From assembly GCF_018977255.1 (NCBI RefSeq), contig NW_024704742.1:126296001-126360000 (forward strand): a stretch of DNA of 64,000 nt, written 5' to 3'. The notes beneath the pieces were generated by a model, which was not told the DNA's origin, did no database searches, and worked only from the letters and a program-made list of their open reading frames with translations. The DNA comes from Callorhinchus milii. Lineage: Eukaryota. Shown piece after piece: positions 23,202 to 35,880 of this stretch; positions within the stretch are counted from its first letter, which is position 1; every line of letters starts with the position of its first letter. A program made the position numbers and the translations under genes.

Positions 23202-25350
23202 AACATAAGAACATAAGAATTTGTTGGGTGAAAGAAGACCAAAATCCATCCACTTCACCTTCCACCATCCTGATATGTTGTGTCCCAAACTATATATTGT
23301 ATCCCGAGATATTATTTTATTATTTTTTGTTTTAGTTAATTAATTTTGAGACTCCCTGTATAAGAACACAAGAAATCCTAGACGATAAAAAGACCATGGT
23401 CTATCTAGATCGCCTTCCACCTTCCTGGCGGTTGCATGCACATATGCCCCGAACTATCTATGTGCTGTATACCATAATGTTATATCCTAAAAGAAAACTA
23501 TCTAATCTGTGTTTGAAAGAATCAACACTTCCTGCTTCAACCATCTCCCTATGGAGCCTGTTCCACAGGTTCACTATTCGCTCACTGAAGTAGTGTTTGA
23601 GTAGATTCATTCTGAATTTACCCCCATTCAATCACAGGCCATGTCCTCTGGTTCTACTATTCTAGACAAGTTGAAACAGCCTGTTATCACCTATAATATC
23701 TTGCCCCTTTAAAATCTTAAAGACAGCAATCATGTCACCTCTCAATCTTCTCTTTTCCAGTGTGAGCATGCCCAACTTATTTAGTTGCTCCTCATAGTCC
23801 AGTCCTTCCATTCCCTCAATCATTTTGGTTGCCCTTCTCTGTATCTTCTCAATTTCTCCAATATCCTTTATGTACTGCGGCGACCAGAACTGTACACAGT
23901 ACTCTAAGTATGATCTCACCAATGATGTATAGAGTGGCAAGATTACCCCACTATTTCAGCTTGCTATTGATCTTTTGATACATCCCAATATCTGGTATGT
24001 TTTACTCGCTGCCGCAGAGCATTGTTGGCAGAGCTTCAATTTATTGTCAATCAGGACCCCCAGGTCCTTTTCATTTTCCATATATATTACAGTGGAGTCC
24101 TGTAGCTCAGTGGTTAGAGCACTCGCCTTGCAAGCGAGACACCTGGGTTCAATTCCAGGCAGGGCAAAACCTTGGGCAATTTCCACATGCCTAATAATAA
24201 TAATAATAATCCCTCCAAAACAAAATAAATAATAGATTGGTCATTTTCAATCCACGACTGTTTGTGGGGAACTGCTGTGCAGAATTGGCTGCTGCGTTTT
24301 GCCCACAAAAATATACTGTCAATTCACTTTACAGCATATTTTGTGAAGCACTTTGAGACGTCTAGAAGACGTGAAAAGCGCTATATCAAATGAAAGGATT
24401 ATTTATTTTATTATTTATATTATTTTCCTTCCATTCAAGTAATAGTCCCTTCCAGGATTTTTTGTCCCCTGTGAAGTACTTTACATTTCTCCACATTGAA
24501 TTTCATCTGCCACCGATCTTCCCAATTCCCAAGTATGTTCAAATCCTCCTGTGTAACCTATCTTGTTTAGCTTTGCAATCTACCACCTTCATTAGCTTGG
24601 TGTCATCTGCAAACTTAGCCATTGTGCTTGCGACTATCCTAGTTCCAGATCATTTATAAAAATATTAAAACAAAAGAGGTCCCAAAACAGATGCTTATGG
24701 AACTCCACTGGTAACATTTTCCCAGTCTGATGACACTCCCTGTACCACCACCCTTTGGGTTCTTCCAGTCAATTAACTGGGTATCCCATGTAATATACCG
24801 CCACTGATTCCTGCTTTTTTTACTTTCAGTACCAGCCTCTCAAGAGGAACTGTATCAAAGGCCTTACTGAAATCCAGACATACAACGTCCACAGCCTTAT
24901 CTTTATCAAGCTCCTTTGTTATATCGTCAAAGAAAAACAGTAAATTAGCATGAACCCATTTTGGTTCGCATTTTGGATTTTATTTCTGTCCAGATGCTCC
25001 ATGATTTTATCCTTAATAAGAGTCACATAATTTTACCCACAATGGACGTCAAACTTATTGGTCTGTAGTTTCCCGGGTCACTTTTGTTACCTTTCTTAGC
25101 AATAGAAGTAACTTCTCCAGTCCCCCGGCACCTCGCCAGTATTCAGTGATTTTTGAAAGATTTGTGCCAGTGTTTCTGTTACTTCCTCCCTTAGTTCCTT
25201 AAGGATCCTGGGATGCAATTTATCCGGCCCCTGAGATTTATTTACCTTAAGTTTACACAGCTGTTTGTCAACCATGCTTGTAGTAATATGAATAGTGTCA
25301 CAACTTTTCTCTGTGACATCCTTGAGTTCTCTTTCCAGATCAGATCCTCT
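23202..25350 (-). mobile_element. Large CR1 LINE fragment (RT region, frameshifted) with two tandem 3' tails and a nested SINE
   Basis: ORFs give LYTSLVRSYLEYCVQFWSP...LEKRRLRGDMIAVFKILKG, EKDLGVLID and KSQGPDKLHPRILKEL...VPGDWR. (AACATAAG)-type tails at 23202 and ~23360. Confidence 0.9.
24094..24420 (+). mobile_element. Full-length tRNA SINE inserted into CR1
   Basis: ggagtcctgtagctcagtggttagagc head through ctatatcaaatgaaaggattattt, flanked on both sides by CR1 RT sequence. Confidence 0.9.
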
Positions 25351-25396
25351 CGCTTTCTCCCATATCCTTTTTGGACTGCGGTGACCAGAACTGTAC

Positions 25397-25747
25397 ACCG
25401 TACTGTAATATAATAATAATCCTTCCATTTGATATAGCACTTTTCACATCTTCTAGACATCTCAAAGCACTTCACAGAATATGGTGCAAAGTGAATTGAC
25501 TGTATATTTGTGGGCAAAACGCACCAGCCATTTGCTCACAGCAGTGTCTCACAAACAGTCATGGATTGAAAATGACCAATTTATTATTGTTTTGTTTTGG
25601 AGGGATTATTATTAGGCTCTTAGACTCTAAGGAAACTTGCCCAAGGTTTCGCCCTGCCTGGAATTGAACCCAGGTGTCTCGCTTGCAAGGCAAGTGCTCT
25701 AACCACTGAGCTATAGGACACCACTGAGCTGCAGGACCGTACTGTAA
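25397..25747 (-). mobile_element. tRNA SINE inserted into a CR1 RT fragment, with a 12-bp target-site duplication
   Basis: ACCGTACTGTAA at 25397-25408 and at 25736-25747 flanks the SINE; the flanks rejoin into the CR1 LYKSMVRP.L.Y..QFWSP region. Confidence 0.85.
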
Positions 25748-28367
25748 GTATGGTCTCACCATTGATTTATACAAAATCAAATATATCAAATTTCCTTCTA
25801 CTCATTTAGGATTTCTTGATGCTGGGTCCTTAATCCACATCACTACCAATACTCTACATGGCCATGACAAGGAAAATAGATACAATACAAATTTACATTT
25901 CTATAGCACCTTAATTGCTGGTAAGATGTTCTAAAGCCCTTAATAGAACCGGCTGGGCACCCAAGCTGGTGGTAAGAGCTGAGGGGCATGAGGAGGGAAA
26001 AGATAACAGTCAAAAAGGTAGATCTTGAGACATAGCAAAACAAGGTGAGAGAAGGAGCGAATAGACATGAGATAGACTCAAGACAGCCTATGTGAGAAAA
26101 CAAGACAACAATGTTAATAATAGGCACCTGCTTTGTGGTGGTGGCTGAGGCCATCCTTTGATGTTAATTGAGCAAATGGCAGCACTATAACAAAACAAAT
26201 TTAATTTGTATAGTGCCTTTCACATCAGGAGGATGTCCCAAGGCACTGATACAATATATTGAGAGGGACAGTGCATGTGCGCCAAGGTTAAGAAATAAAA
26301 TGTTAATAAAATGTTAAAACAAGGCGCACCCAGCCCATTAAAGTTACATCTGATAAAACTGAATCAGACCTTCAGAAACAAAGAGGTTCAAGATCCTCAT
26401 GTTCCACACATCAGAAAGGTGATATGCCCAGAAGTTTGTTCAGGTGGTTTAGATCTAAAAGACCTAACAACTACCTGGGAATCGGGAGACATAGAAAATT
26501 GGCAGATTAGCCAGGTGGTAGAGATCTAAAAGGGTCCAAATTTGCTATTTTCATGAAACTCGGGAGTAAAGGATATTGTCAAAGGTTTTAATCAAAACAC
26601 TAACAGAATCACATGACCACCTGAACTTTCCTAACTGGTGTTTGCGAGGGATGTCTTTTAGTTAGCATTAATGAAATAATAGAAACCAGTGATGGCACAC
26701 TTGTGATGACAGACAAACAGGAGACAATTTGCAATGGGATTCCTTAATAAGGGTCCGAATCTCATACAGAATCTCCTTCCTGAAACTGGTAGTATATCAC
26801 GCTGACCCAAGGGAAGGAGATTGAGTCAGAGCAGAGTTCCCTACACATCAGTTTAGCCAAAAAAAACACAGCGTGAAGAGTAATTAATGGCTAGAATGGC
26901 CAGTACTGGAGGCTGGAGTTATTTAAGAAATAGCTTGCTGTTGTATTAAGATGCCCGTACAGTTGTATTCAGGAGCAATGAGAACAAATGGGCCAAAGGG
27001 CATTCTTCATATGTACCTCTCTTGTGATTTTATGATCTTGTGATGCACTTTCAGTAATTGGAAAGATGTCACTTCAATCCACGACAGTTTGTGGGAAACT
27101 GTTGTGCGCAATTGGTTGCTGTGTTTTGCCCACAAATATACAGTCAATTCACTTTAAAGTATATTTTGTGAAGCGTTTTGAGACGTCTAGAAAACTTGAA
27201 AGCACTATATCAAATGCAAGGATTATTATTATTATTATAGCTCACCAGTGAAAGCACTGTCTGGCAAGCTTCCCACTGCTTGTTCAACTAGAACCATTAA
27301 CCCAATTTCTATTTCCACTACTTGAAAGACTGAACAAGGTGTATGGAAGGAACTTGACCACATGATGAAAATCACAAGGGAAAAGGAGGAACATGATTGT
27401 ACAGCAGGTTTTGTGCATGTTGTAGAAAATGAACATCAGCTTTGTGAATATGTAATGCTGGGATGAAAATTTCACCACGTGGTGTGATAACCTGGAATCA
27501 CATTGCTTAAGCTGACACTCAAATTGGGGGTGTGCTGCATTGTCGGAGGTGCCAACAAATACATAGTCAATCCATTTCATAATCATTCCTGTAAAGTACT
27601 TTGAGACATCCTCCCAAAGTGATAAGGCACTATACCAAATGCAAGAATTATTATTATAACGTCATAAGAAATTCAAAATAGTCAAGATCTGACCTTTCAT
27701 TCCCATCCCCCCATCCCCCACTCCCCCGCCTTCCTAATCAAAATTGTTGTGTTTTTTGTTGTTGTAATGTGATTTTTCTATTCCAATAGTTTACTGAAGA
27801 TGTGAAGTTTATAATGATAAGAAATAACAATCCTTATATTTGATATAGCGCCTTTCGCACTGGAAAGACATCACAAAGTGTTGAAATCAAGATATATTGA
27901 AACGTGCAGTGATTGTGTGTGGTTTGTGGGCGAAGCCTAAGCATTATAGTCTAAGACCTAGAACTAGCAAATGAACAAGCTAACAACTAGATTTGGGTCA
28001 AATTTAAGTTTCTTCCAGCTAAACATAATGGCTTCATATGTTCCATAGGGTAAGGGTGCCTCAGCTTTATACTCATTTTGTGTACATTAACTAACAACAG
28101 TGTCTAATGCTATGGGAGGCTTTTAAATCCCATTTGTCCTGTTTTAAAGATTTTTATGTGTTTGTAAATATGGATTTAATGAATTCTGAGTCGACCAGCA
28201 GTTTCTACCTTTCCCAACTTATTAATATAGTATATAATCATATAAAGTAGATCCCTTGATATTGCTACAGGTAAACGTAAGTGTATTGGGGATATTCCGT
28301 TTATATGGCCTCTCTGTTCATGATGTAGCTCTACAAATATAAATTATATTGGAAGTGATATTAAAGA

Positions 28368-28626
28368 GCGAAACCTTGGGCAAGTTTCCTTACTCCACAC
28401 GCCTAATAATAATCCCTCCAAAAAAAAAAAAACAATAATTAAATTGGTCATTTTCAATCTACGACTGTTTGTGGGACATTGCTGTGCGCAATTGGCTGCC
28501 GCGTTCGCCCACAAATATACAGTCAATTCACTTTACAGTGTGTTCTGTGAAGCGCTTTGGGACGTCCTCCCGACGTGAAAAGCGCTATATCAAATGCAAG
28601 GATTATTATTATTATTATTATTATTA
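28368..28626 (+). mobile_element. 5'-truncated young tRNA SINE
   Basis: Identical by eye to 17830-18000 over its 3' part; candidate TSD TATTAAAG at 28360 and 28622. Confidence 0.9.
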
Positions 28627-30097
28627 AAGCTTGTGTAGAACCACCCGTATCTATTTTATTCACTTCAGTTATTGTATGATAAATTTTGCCCTGAATTCAA
28701 TTATACAAATTTTTAGTAAACTATTAATAGCAGTTTATTGTAATGTGCAGGCCAGAGTTTTTTTTTAACAAGTGTCAAATTCCTAGCTGAAGTAAAATAT
28801 CTAAAAATCAATGACCTTAATGCAGTAAAGAAACTGAAGTTTGGGTTAAAAATACGAAATACGGACAGATTACTGGCATTGCAAATCACTTGACACTGTC
28901 TGTGTGTAATGCAGTTCTACATTTTAAAGGATTCTACTTTGCACCATCGAAGTTTTCAGCTACCCTCCTACCTCGCTGCCCTTCCTCACCCCAATCCTCC
29001 CCCCCCCCGACAGTCCTCCTGACATGAAAGGCACTAGACAAATGTAATTTGGTATTCTTGTTGTTGTTGAAGCACTTTACAGAGATAGTTCCAGAAACTG
29101 AGCAGCGAGAATGAGGGTAGGATGAGGAGGGAGATGACTGTAGGCATATAAACAAAGATTTTTAGATCTTCAGTCACCACATCTGAACCTGTGGAACTAT
29201 CTTCTACCTTGCCTCCTCTCCCCGGCCCAGAGTCTAACTCCACCATTGTTCAGCACTCTGAGATGCAACTCTGTATGAAGGGAGCTATATAAATGCAAGT
29301 TGTTGTTGAGCACTACTCATTTAACTTGACTGAGAAAAAAGGGAGTCAGTGGAATCTGGTGAGTGCGGGAGTGATGGGGGAGCAGAGTGGAGAAGAGGTA
29401 GGGATGTGCAGGCAGAGAAGTCTGTGCAGTGTGAAATCTATATAAGTATAGATATTCAGAGTGCAGAAATTTGCCGATCTTCTTTTACTTTCTTTCATAA
29501 AATACTTTTTTTCAAAGTTTAGCTCAGCCCAGAATTTATGTGCACATCAAGTGAAATACTGACTGCCTGTTTATTGAGCAAACCCAAGCACCTGAAGGGA
29601 TAAAGGGATGTATTGCAAGGTCCTTTTTGTTCTAATGATCTACCACATGAAAGTACACGCAGAACTGATCTTGTGAATCAAATAACAATCAAATAACACC
29701 TGGAGCCTTCTACACTTCTGAAGAACCCAGGTGTAAATAACACCTAGAGAGGAAGTGGGCCACTTCTGTACTGAACAGCAGAAATTATATTTCGAAAGGA
29801 TAAAACAATTTGGAGAATAACATTATTATATTCTCTTGGTTGCAGAAGTAAAACCTGAAGGGAACTAAAAACCTTACTCTGGGAATCCTCGTATTTTTAC
29901 AGAATTGTAAGAGAAAAAAACCAAATCGCAGCCTTGGGGGAGCGCCTTCTTTCATAAAAGGACCTGCAGAAGGCAGGTTTCATATTAAGACTACATTTTA
30001 AGAATTCCCAAAGTGTAAGTGTATACCAGGTATAATATCTCCCTCCCATGAATCAGCATCAAAAATATGGAAAAACACTAAGTCATGTAACAGTAAA

Positions 30098-31842
30098 TCT
30101 TCTATTAAAAGTTTCATTGAAGCCTCACTAGAAGGCATTCCTAATAAAACTGGTTCACTTTTAACATAGGTGTCTTATCAATACTAGAATTATCCATTGT
30201 CTGTTTCCCTAGTTACCGTAAAATTATTTAATCAATAAATATATATTTAAATATTTTGAACCATTAGGTTGAAATTTGTAACAGTTTTCAATAGGTTCCT
30301 TGTGATGATGAGGTTTATGGAATGATTTTGAAGCCAACGAATAGCTAGATGATTAACACGACTGCTCATCAACAGATGTGTCCAAGTCAATCTCTAACTC
30401 CATTTTCTACAATAAATCACATGGTGAAGCATATAGCACATTTTCTTATGATGCCTAAGGGGTTAAGATCAAGCCTTTCAAGGACAAATAAAAATGGCAG
30501 ACGAAAGAGAGAAGGCCAATTAAATGAAACTGAAGAATAAAGAACAGCATGGCTGACTTGGATGCAGAAAAACTGCAAGATCACGGCAAAATGATGCCCA
30601 GCAGTAGAAGTCACTCCATTTAGTTGCGTTCAACTAGGATCCAGCTAGAGACTACAAATCAGATGGTGCCAATCATATGTTCGCTTGACAAGGTGAAACC
30701 AGAGCAACTGAAGTCTTCAGGCTTCCAGGCAGTGGACATATTTGAAGAAGATGAGCTTCAGGACAAACATGTGAGTCCATCTTCATGGCAATTCCGCAGC
30801 TGAGGCTTATACCGACCTCCTTCTGGGAATTGGGATGGCAAAATTCCAGTGGATCCAACAGATGGCCAAATTGAGATGCCTGAAGTTAGTGGGACCATTG
30901 TACAAGATATAGCAGAGCTCAAAACCAAAGTTTTCCCAAACCTCAGCCATAACTACACAACTCATAAGTGGTTGTGTGAATGAGCAATCTTTGCTCCAAA
31001 AGATGAGTCTGCCAGCGAGCACAATTCCCAGCTTCTCAATGACATCCCTGACCAAGAAACTGTGTACACATGCATAGATACTGTTTCTGACATTGAAAAT
31101 GCTGCCAACTACTCAACTGAGTTTTTAAACTCTTTGGAACCATCCGGTATGCCTTCACACAAACTCATAATAAAACTTGGATGCTCATGCTGCTGATGAA
31201 TCTAGATGTTGGTGATAAAGCAGTTGATGCCACATGTTATAGAAACATGTTATATTATTCATTCCTCACATCCCACTGCTCTCAAGTGACTGCCCGTTTG
31301 AGTGCAAAAGGCTCCAATTCCTTGTTCAAGAATGCTTTGCCATGTCAATTAACAACAACAATAAAAATACATTTATAGAGCCCTTTCACGTCGGGAGGAC
31401 ATCCCAAGGCTTTGAGAACAAGGCACAGAGGCAGAGCTTAAAAGTTGCTAGCCTTTTCTTGAATACACCCTGCTTTTCCCTGAATACAACCTGCTTTTCC
31501 CATGGACAATTCTATGTTGGATGCTCATGTGTGGGTTCATCTCAAAACCTGTACATCATGGTCGAAGTAGGAAAAACTGCAAATGTTGTCTATGCAGAAG
31601 TCTTGCAATAACTCGAGTACCTGCTGGATCACACAGTAAACCTGTTCGATTAGCATAGCTTTGATAAGATTTTCTATCATTGATGAGTATGACCCAAACA
31701 AGCTCATCGCACATGTATGGCAGCCTTGCTTAAAGTGTACACACAGTGTTTATGACATGTTAAATGGCTTGTGAGTGGTATCACTGAAGTCTACATTCCA
31801 TATTGAATCCTTTGCAAGCGTAGTTGCAATGGGTGCAGCTAG
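30098..31842 (+). mobile_element. Helitron (rolling-circle transposon) deletion derivative with a pseudogenised RepHel remnant
   Basis: From ~30689-31611 the broken frames give PIF1-type Helitron helicase motifs: TNM*VHLHG..YTDLLLGIG, WLCE*AIFAPKD, NYSTEFLNSLEPSGMPSHKLIIKLG, FAMSINKAQRQSLKVA, PCFSHGQFYVGCSCVG..KTANVVYAEVLQ*. N-terminal remnant MPKGLRSSLSR..NETEE*RTAWL from 30451. The 3' end has a hairpin (31809-31832) and CTAG|T (31839-31843). The 5' A|TC at 30098 is tentative. Confidence 0.85.
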
Positions 31843-34240
31843 TGCAACATAAGCAGATAGTAGATGTACATGATTATTAGCTAAAAATGTCAAAAGTTAG
31901 ACTTGTCTTAGGTTCAAAGCTTTCTATGAAATATCTTTAAATGGCGAGGTAGACTATGAACCAATGCAATGGATTTTCATTCAGCTGAAGCACTCAAGAG
32001 AGAATTTGATCAATTTCTGATGTGGCTCAGAGTGGAGAGGTGCATGTGTCAATATAAGGCAGAAAATACTGGAGGAATCTATTGAATGCAAGTTGTTTGG
32101 AGGCTGATTTTGTTCCTCATATTTTGCTATTGCTGTTCTAGCATTGTGCAAAGCGTGGTGTAATCAGAGATGCCTAACTCATTGATGATGTGCTCTCCTG
32201 TCGCTCAAAGGACAGGTATTTCAAACATGTCAAATCTGAGATTAAGTGTAGTTTTAAGTGAAGAGATGTAACTATCATATTCAGGTAACTTTGTTTTCTG
32301 GAATCCTCACTTGCACTTAAATAGTGAAAGCTTGATCCTAATTATCTTTGATGGCAACCTCACAGAAAATGACAATGAACTATACACTCAGAAGTCCCCA
32401 AGCCTTGGCTCTTGCCAACCTGGACTTAATACTGTCCGGAATTAAGTAAGCAGGGTGTGTCCCTCCAGAGAGCAAGTATTCATTCCATTCCAGACACTGA
32501 GAAATGTCCATTGTTAAGTGCAACATAGTTGGATCCATTTACTTGTGGCTGTGCTTGCTCCTCCAAGAAACAATTCATCTTTATCTTAATTCCTTTCTCT
32601 TTCTCCACACCCTCTAATACCCTTTCTCTCAATGTGCTTGTTCAATCCTGTATTATTTAGTATAATCCTTATTATTCCTTCTAACAAAATAAATAAGCAT
32701 AAATTGGTCACTCAATCCATTACTTTTTGTGGGACATTGCTGTGCTCAATTGGCTGCTGCATTTCGCCCACAAAATGTACAGTCAATTCATTTTACAGTA
32801 AGTATGTCCTGTGGACCGCTTTTAGGTGTCTCGGTGATGTGACAAGGTGCTATATCAAATGCAAGGATTATTATTATTATTATGATGATGATGATGAGAA
32901 GGACTTTTGGTGTTTGACTCATTGGCTAACCCAGTAACTTCTGAATGCTCTTGTCAATGCCACATTGGAATGTAAGTGATTGTCTTCCTGGGGGAAGTGA
33001 GAAGAGAAAGGTTAACAGTGTTTCTGTGTGACTGAGCTGGTTCCAAGGTGATGCCCCCAAATGCAAATTCTAATGAAACCTCAATACATCTGTTCATATT
33101 TTGTGCCAAACTGTCTTTCTCTTGCCTCGGTGATCTTGATTATCATTAAAAATCTTGTGCAAAAGTAAATGAAATATAAGAATACTATTGTAGCAATTCA
33201 TGATGTCTCTGCAAGTTGGTTTAAGTATTATTATTACTATTACTACTACTACAGTTATTACTATCCTCCTTGTAGATGAGCTGTCTTGAAGGTGACATGC
33301 TTGGAAACAGAATGTCGGAATCCAGCCAGTCCTCTGTGGCAGTATCGAGCCAGGCAGGTCTGCAATATTTCAAGGCACTGATGATGACAGCACAGCCAGC
33401 CTGTCTTATCAGCAGGACCTGGAAGAGCAGATCAGCCACTGGTGGCAAGTTGAAAATAATGGAATTTCTTCATTTTTAACCACAAGTTTCTATTTTCGCC
33501 AGTCACAATTTTCCACCAAATGGCGTTGATACTTGGAATATTCATTCAAAGCAAAACTAACTCACAAAAACCTCTTGTTATATTTAATGTCATTCATATA
33601 GGATGAACATCTCAATACTCTTTACAGTGATGATGGGGATCATCGACAAAGGAGAACAACTTTGTGGGTGTTGAGCAAAAACAAGGACAGAGAGAGTTTT
33701 TTGTGTGGGTTTCGAAAAGGAACAAGAGAAGGCACAAAGTAAAGGGATTTGGGGAAATCATAGTGGAGAATGGCGACATATTTATCCAACTGCTTTCAGC
33801 AGCAAGGTTTCGACGCCCAGTATATATTACAAATAATGATAGACTTCAGGGTTATTATCTTGTCTCAAGGATCAGGTGACACTCATAAACCACTCAAGTT
33901 TTCTCCTGGGTGTAATGTGACCTACACACTGCTACATCAATTGTGCAGCAGTTCTCATATCCTACAGGCTCCCATGGGATATCCTTTGGACCAGTATTAC
34001 ATTCTTCTGAGGTAGTGTAGCAGATTTTATGAACCACAATTATTCATCCTTAAATCCTTTAAACTGCTATTATTATAAAGTGCCTCTCGGCACGCCAAAT
34101 CTCACAACTTTGGGTATAATGAGAATTAAGGTGCGAGTCGAAGTCTGGTGACTGCATGTCGAACAGCATATTTCCTGCAGAAACCATGGTTAACTTTTTA
34201 GGCCCTTTTAAATGTTAAGTACAGATAGCAGGACTTTTGC

Positions 34241-34357
34241 AGGCTGAAATTCTAGATTTTCGTTATGTGCAGTACATACTTTGGTGATAGGCAATTATAA
34301 TGGAGAAATACCATAAGCCAAAGATGCTGTGCGTAACATCGATCAGAATTTCAGCCC
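34241..34357. mobile_element. Small palindromic MITE-like element (~117 bp)
   Basis: aGGCTGAAATTCT...ctttggt at the left and gccaaag...AGAATTTCAGCCc at the right form ~45-bp imperfect inverted arms. Confidence 0.6.
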
Positions 34358-35519
34358 ATATAATGACATTGCAGCTCTCTTAAAACGCGCTGCTATTGGA
34401 GCACTGGTACATTTTATAACATGAATGTGAGGTGCACATCACCCCACGGTTGGCTCAAACTCCTCCATTAAAACTGACTTTCAGGCCGTTAGTTCGTCAT
34501 GACAGACGTCCCTTGCTGTGCTCTGCGGACTGATCGACTTCTCATGCCACAAAATGACCACCTTCTGGATCGTCTGGTCACCATTGATGTCACTTCCTGC
34601 TCATTCTACACTATGTGTAGGAAGTGTCACTGAGCGTCACTCCCAGCACTCCTGACCAGGAAATGATGTCAGTTCTTTTTATAATGGTGTGATAATATTT
34701 GTGATTATCCATTCATTGTTGGTCTCTGTGGGTATTAATTGTCAGATTGTGAAACATCTTGACATTTTTTGGCTCCATTCCGTATTTCAGAAATGCTGAT
34801 GAAGATTCAACCAGCTGACTATAACAGGGAGTTTTCCTACAAATACAGTCACTAAACTTCACAGTAAAACTTTGTAAAAACCCTTTGAGACACCTCAACA
34901 GCATGATAAAGTGCAATATCAAATTCAAGGATTATTATTATCTTATTTATTGCACTGGGGATAAAAGCAAAATAATTACTTTCAGTGTTGAATTACAGCA
35001 GAAATTTTCATTGTTAACAACTGCAATGAATGTTTGCCACAGAACAATTGTAGTAAATTAGTATTATTTTAGTTCTGCGCCTGACTGCTAATTATTATAT
35101 TAGTTGCTGAGCATTGCTTCCAGCACAGATGACGAGGAATCTTAGCCTAAATTAAGAGCTCAAAGTCCTGATGTGTGTCTGCTTTGCCTAGTGAGTATGG
35201 AATTGACTAACCAGAATTATTCACTAATATGAGTGATGTAGAAAAGGCTATATTTCTGCATAATTATTATCATATTTATAAATATTAAATATGTTGAGCA
35301 TCTCCCCTATGAGAGAGAAGATTGCAATTATTAGTGTTTGAACAGGCAGTGGACGCGTAAATAATGTGATTAAATAATCCTTGCATTTGATATAGTACCA
35401 GACTATATAGTGTAGTTTCTTTCCAGAGATTCCTGTAAAGTATACTGACTATTTTGAATATGCATGCTGCAGCCAATTTGCACACAAGTTGTAAGACCAA
35501 CACCAGGACTTTGACCTCA

Positions 35520-35880
35520 TAGACTATACTGACACTCCAGTGTAATGCTGGGGGAATGCTGCATTGCGAGAGGTACTGTCCTTCAGATTAAATGAAAAAC
35601 TGAGGTCCTGTGTTTTCAGGTGGACATTATAGATCCCATAGCACTGTTCAAAAACATCAGTTTCTCCCAGTGTCCTGGTCAAATCCACCAGATAAAATTG
35701 GTCATTCACCTGATGGCTGTTTGTCGGACTGCTGTGTGCAAATTGGTTGCTGCCTTTTGACTTACAAATACATAGTCACTACACATTGCAACCAATTCTG
35801 CAAGGTACTTTGAGAACTTTTAACAATATGATTTAGCATTTAGCACTACATCAAATACAAGGATTATCATTATTATTATT
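35520..35880 (+). mobile_element. Deu-domain SINE body
   Basis: ctgacactccagtgtaatgctg...ttcaggtggacattatagatcccatagcactgttc...gctgtgtgcaaattggttgc...caaggattatcatt. Confidence 0.75.
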
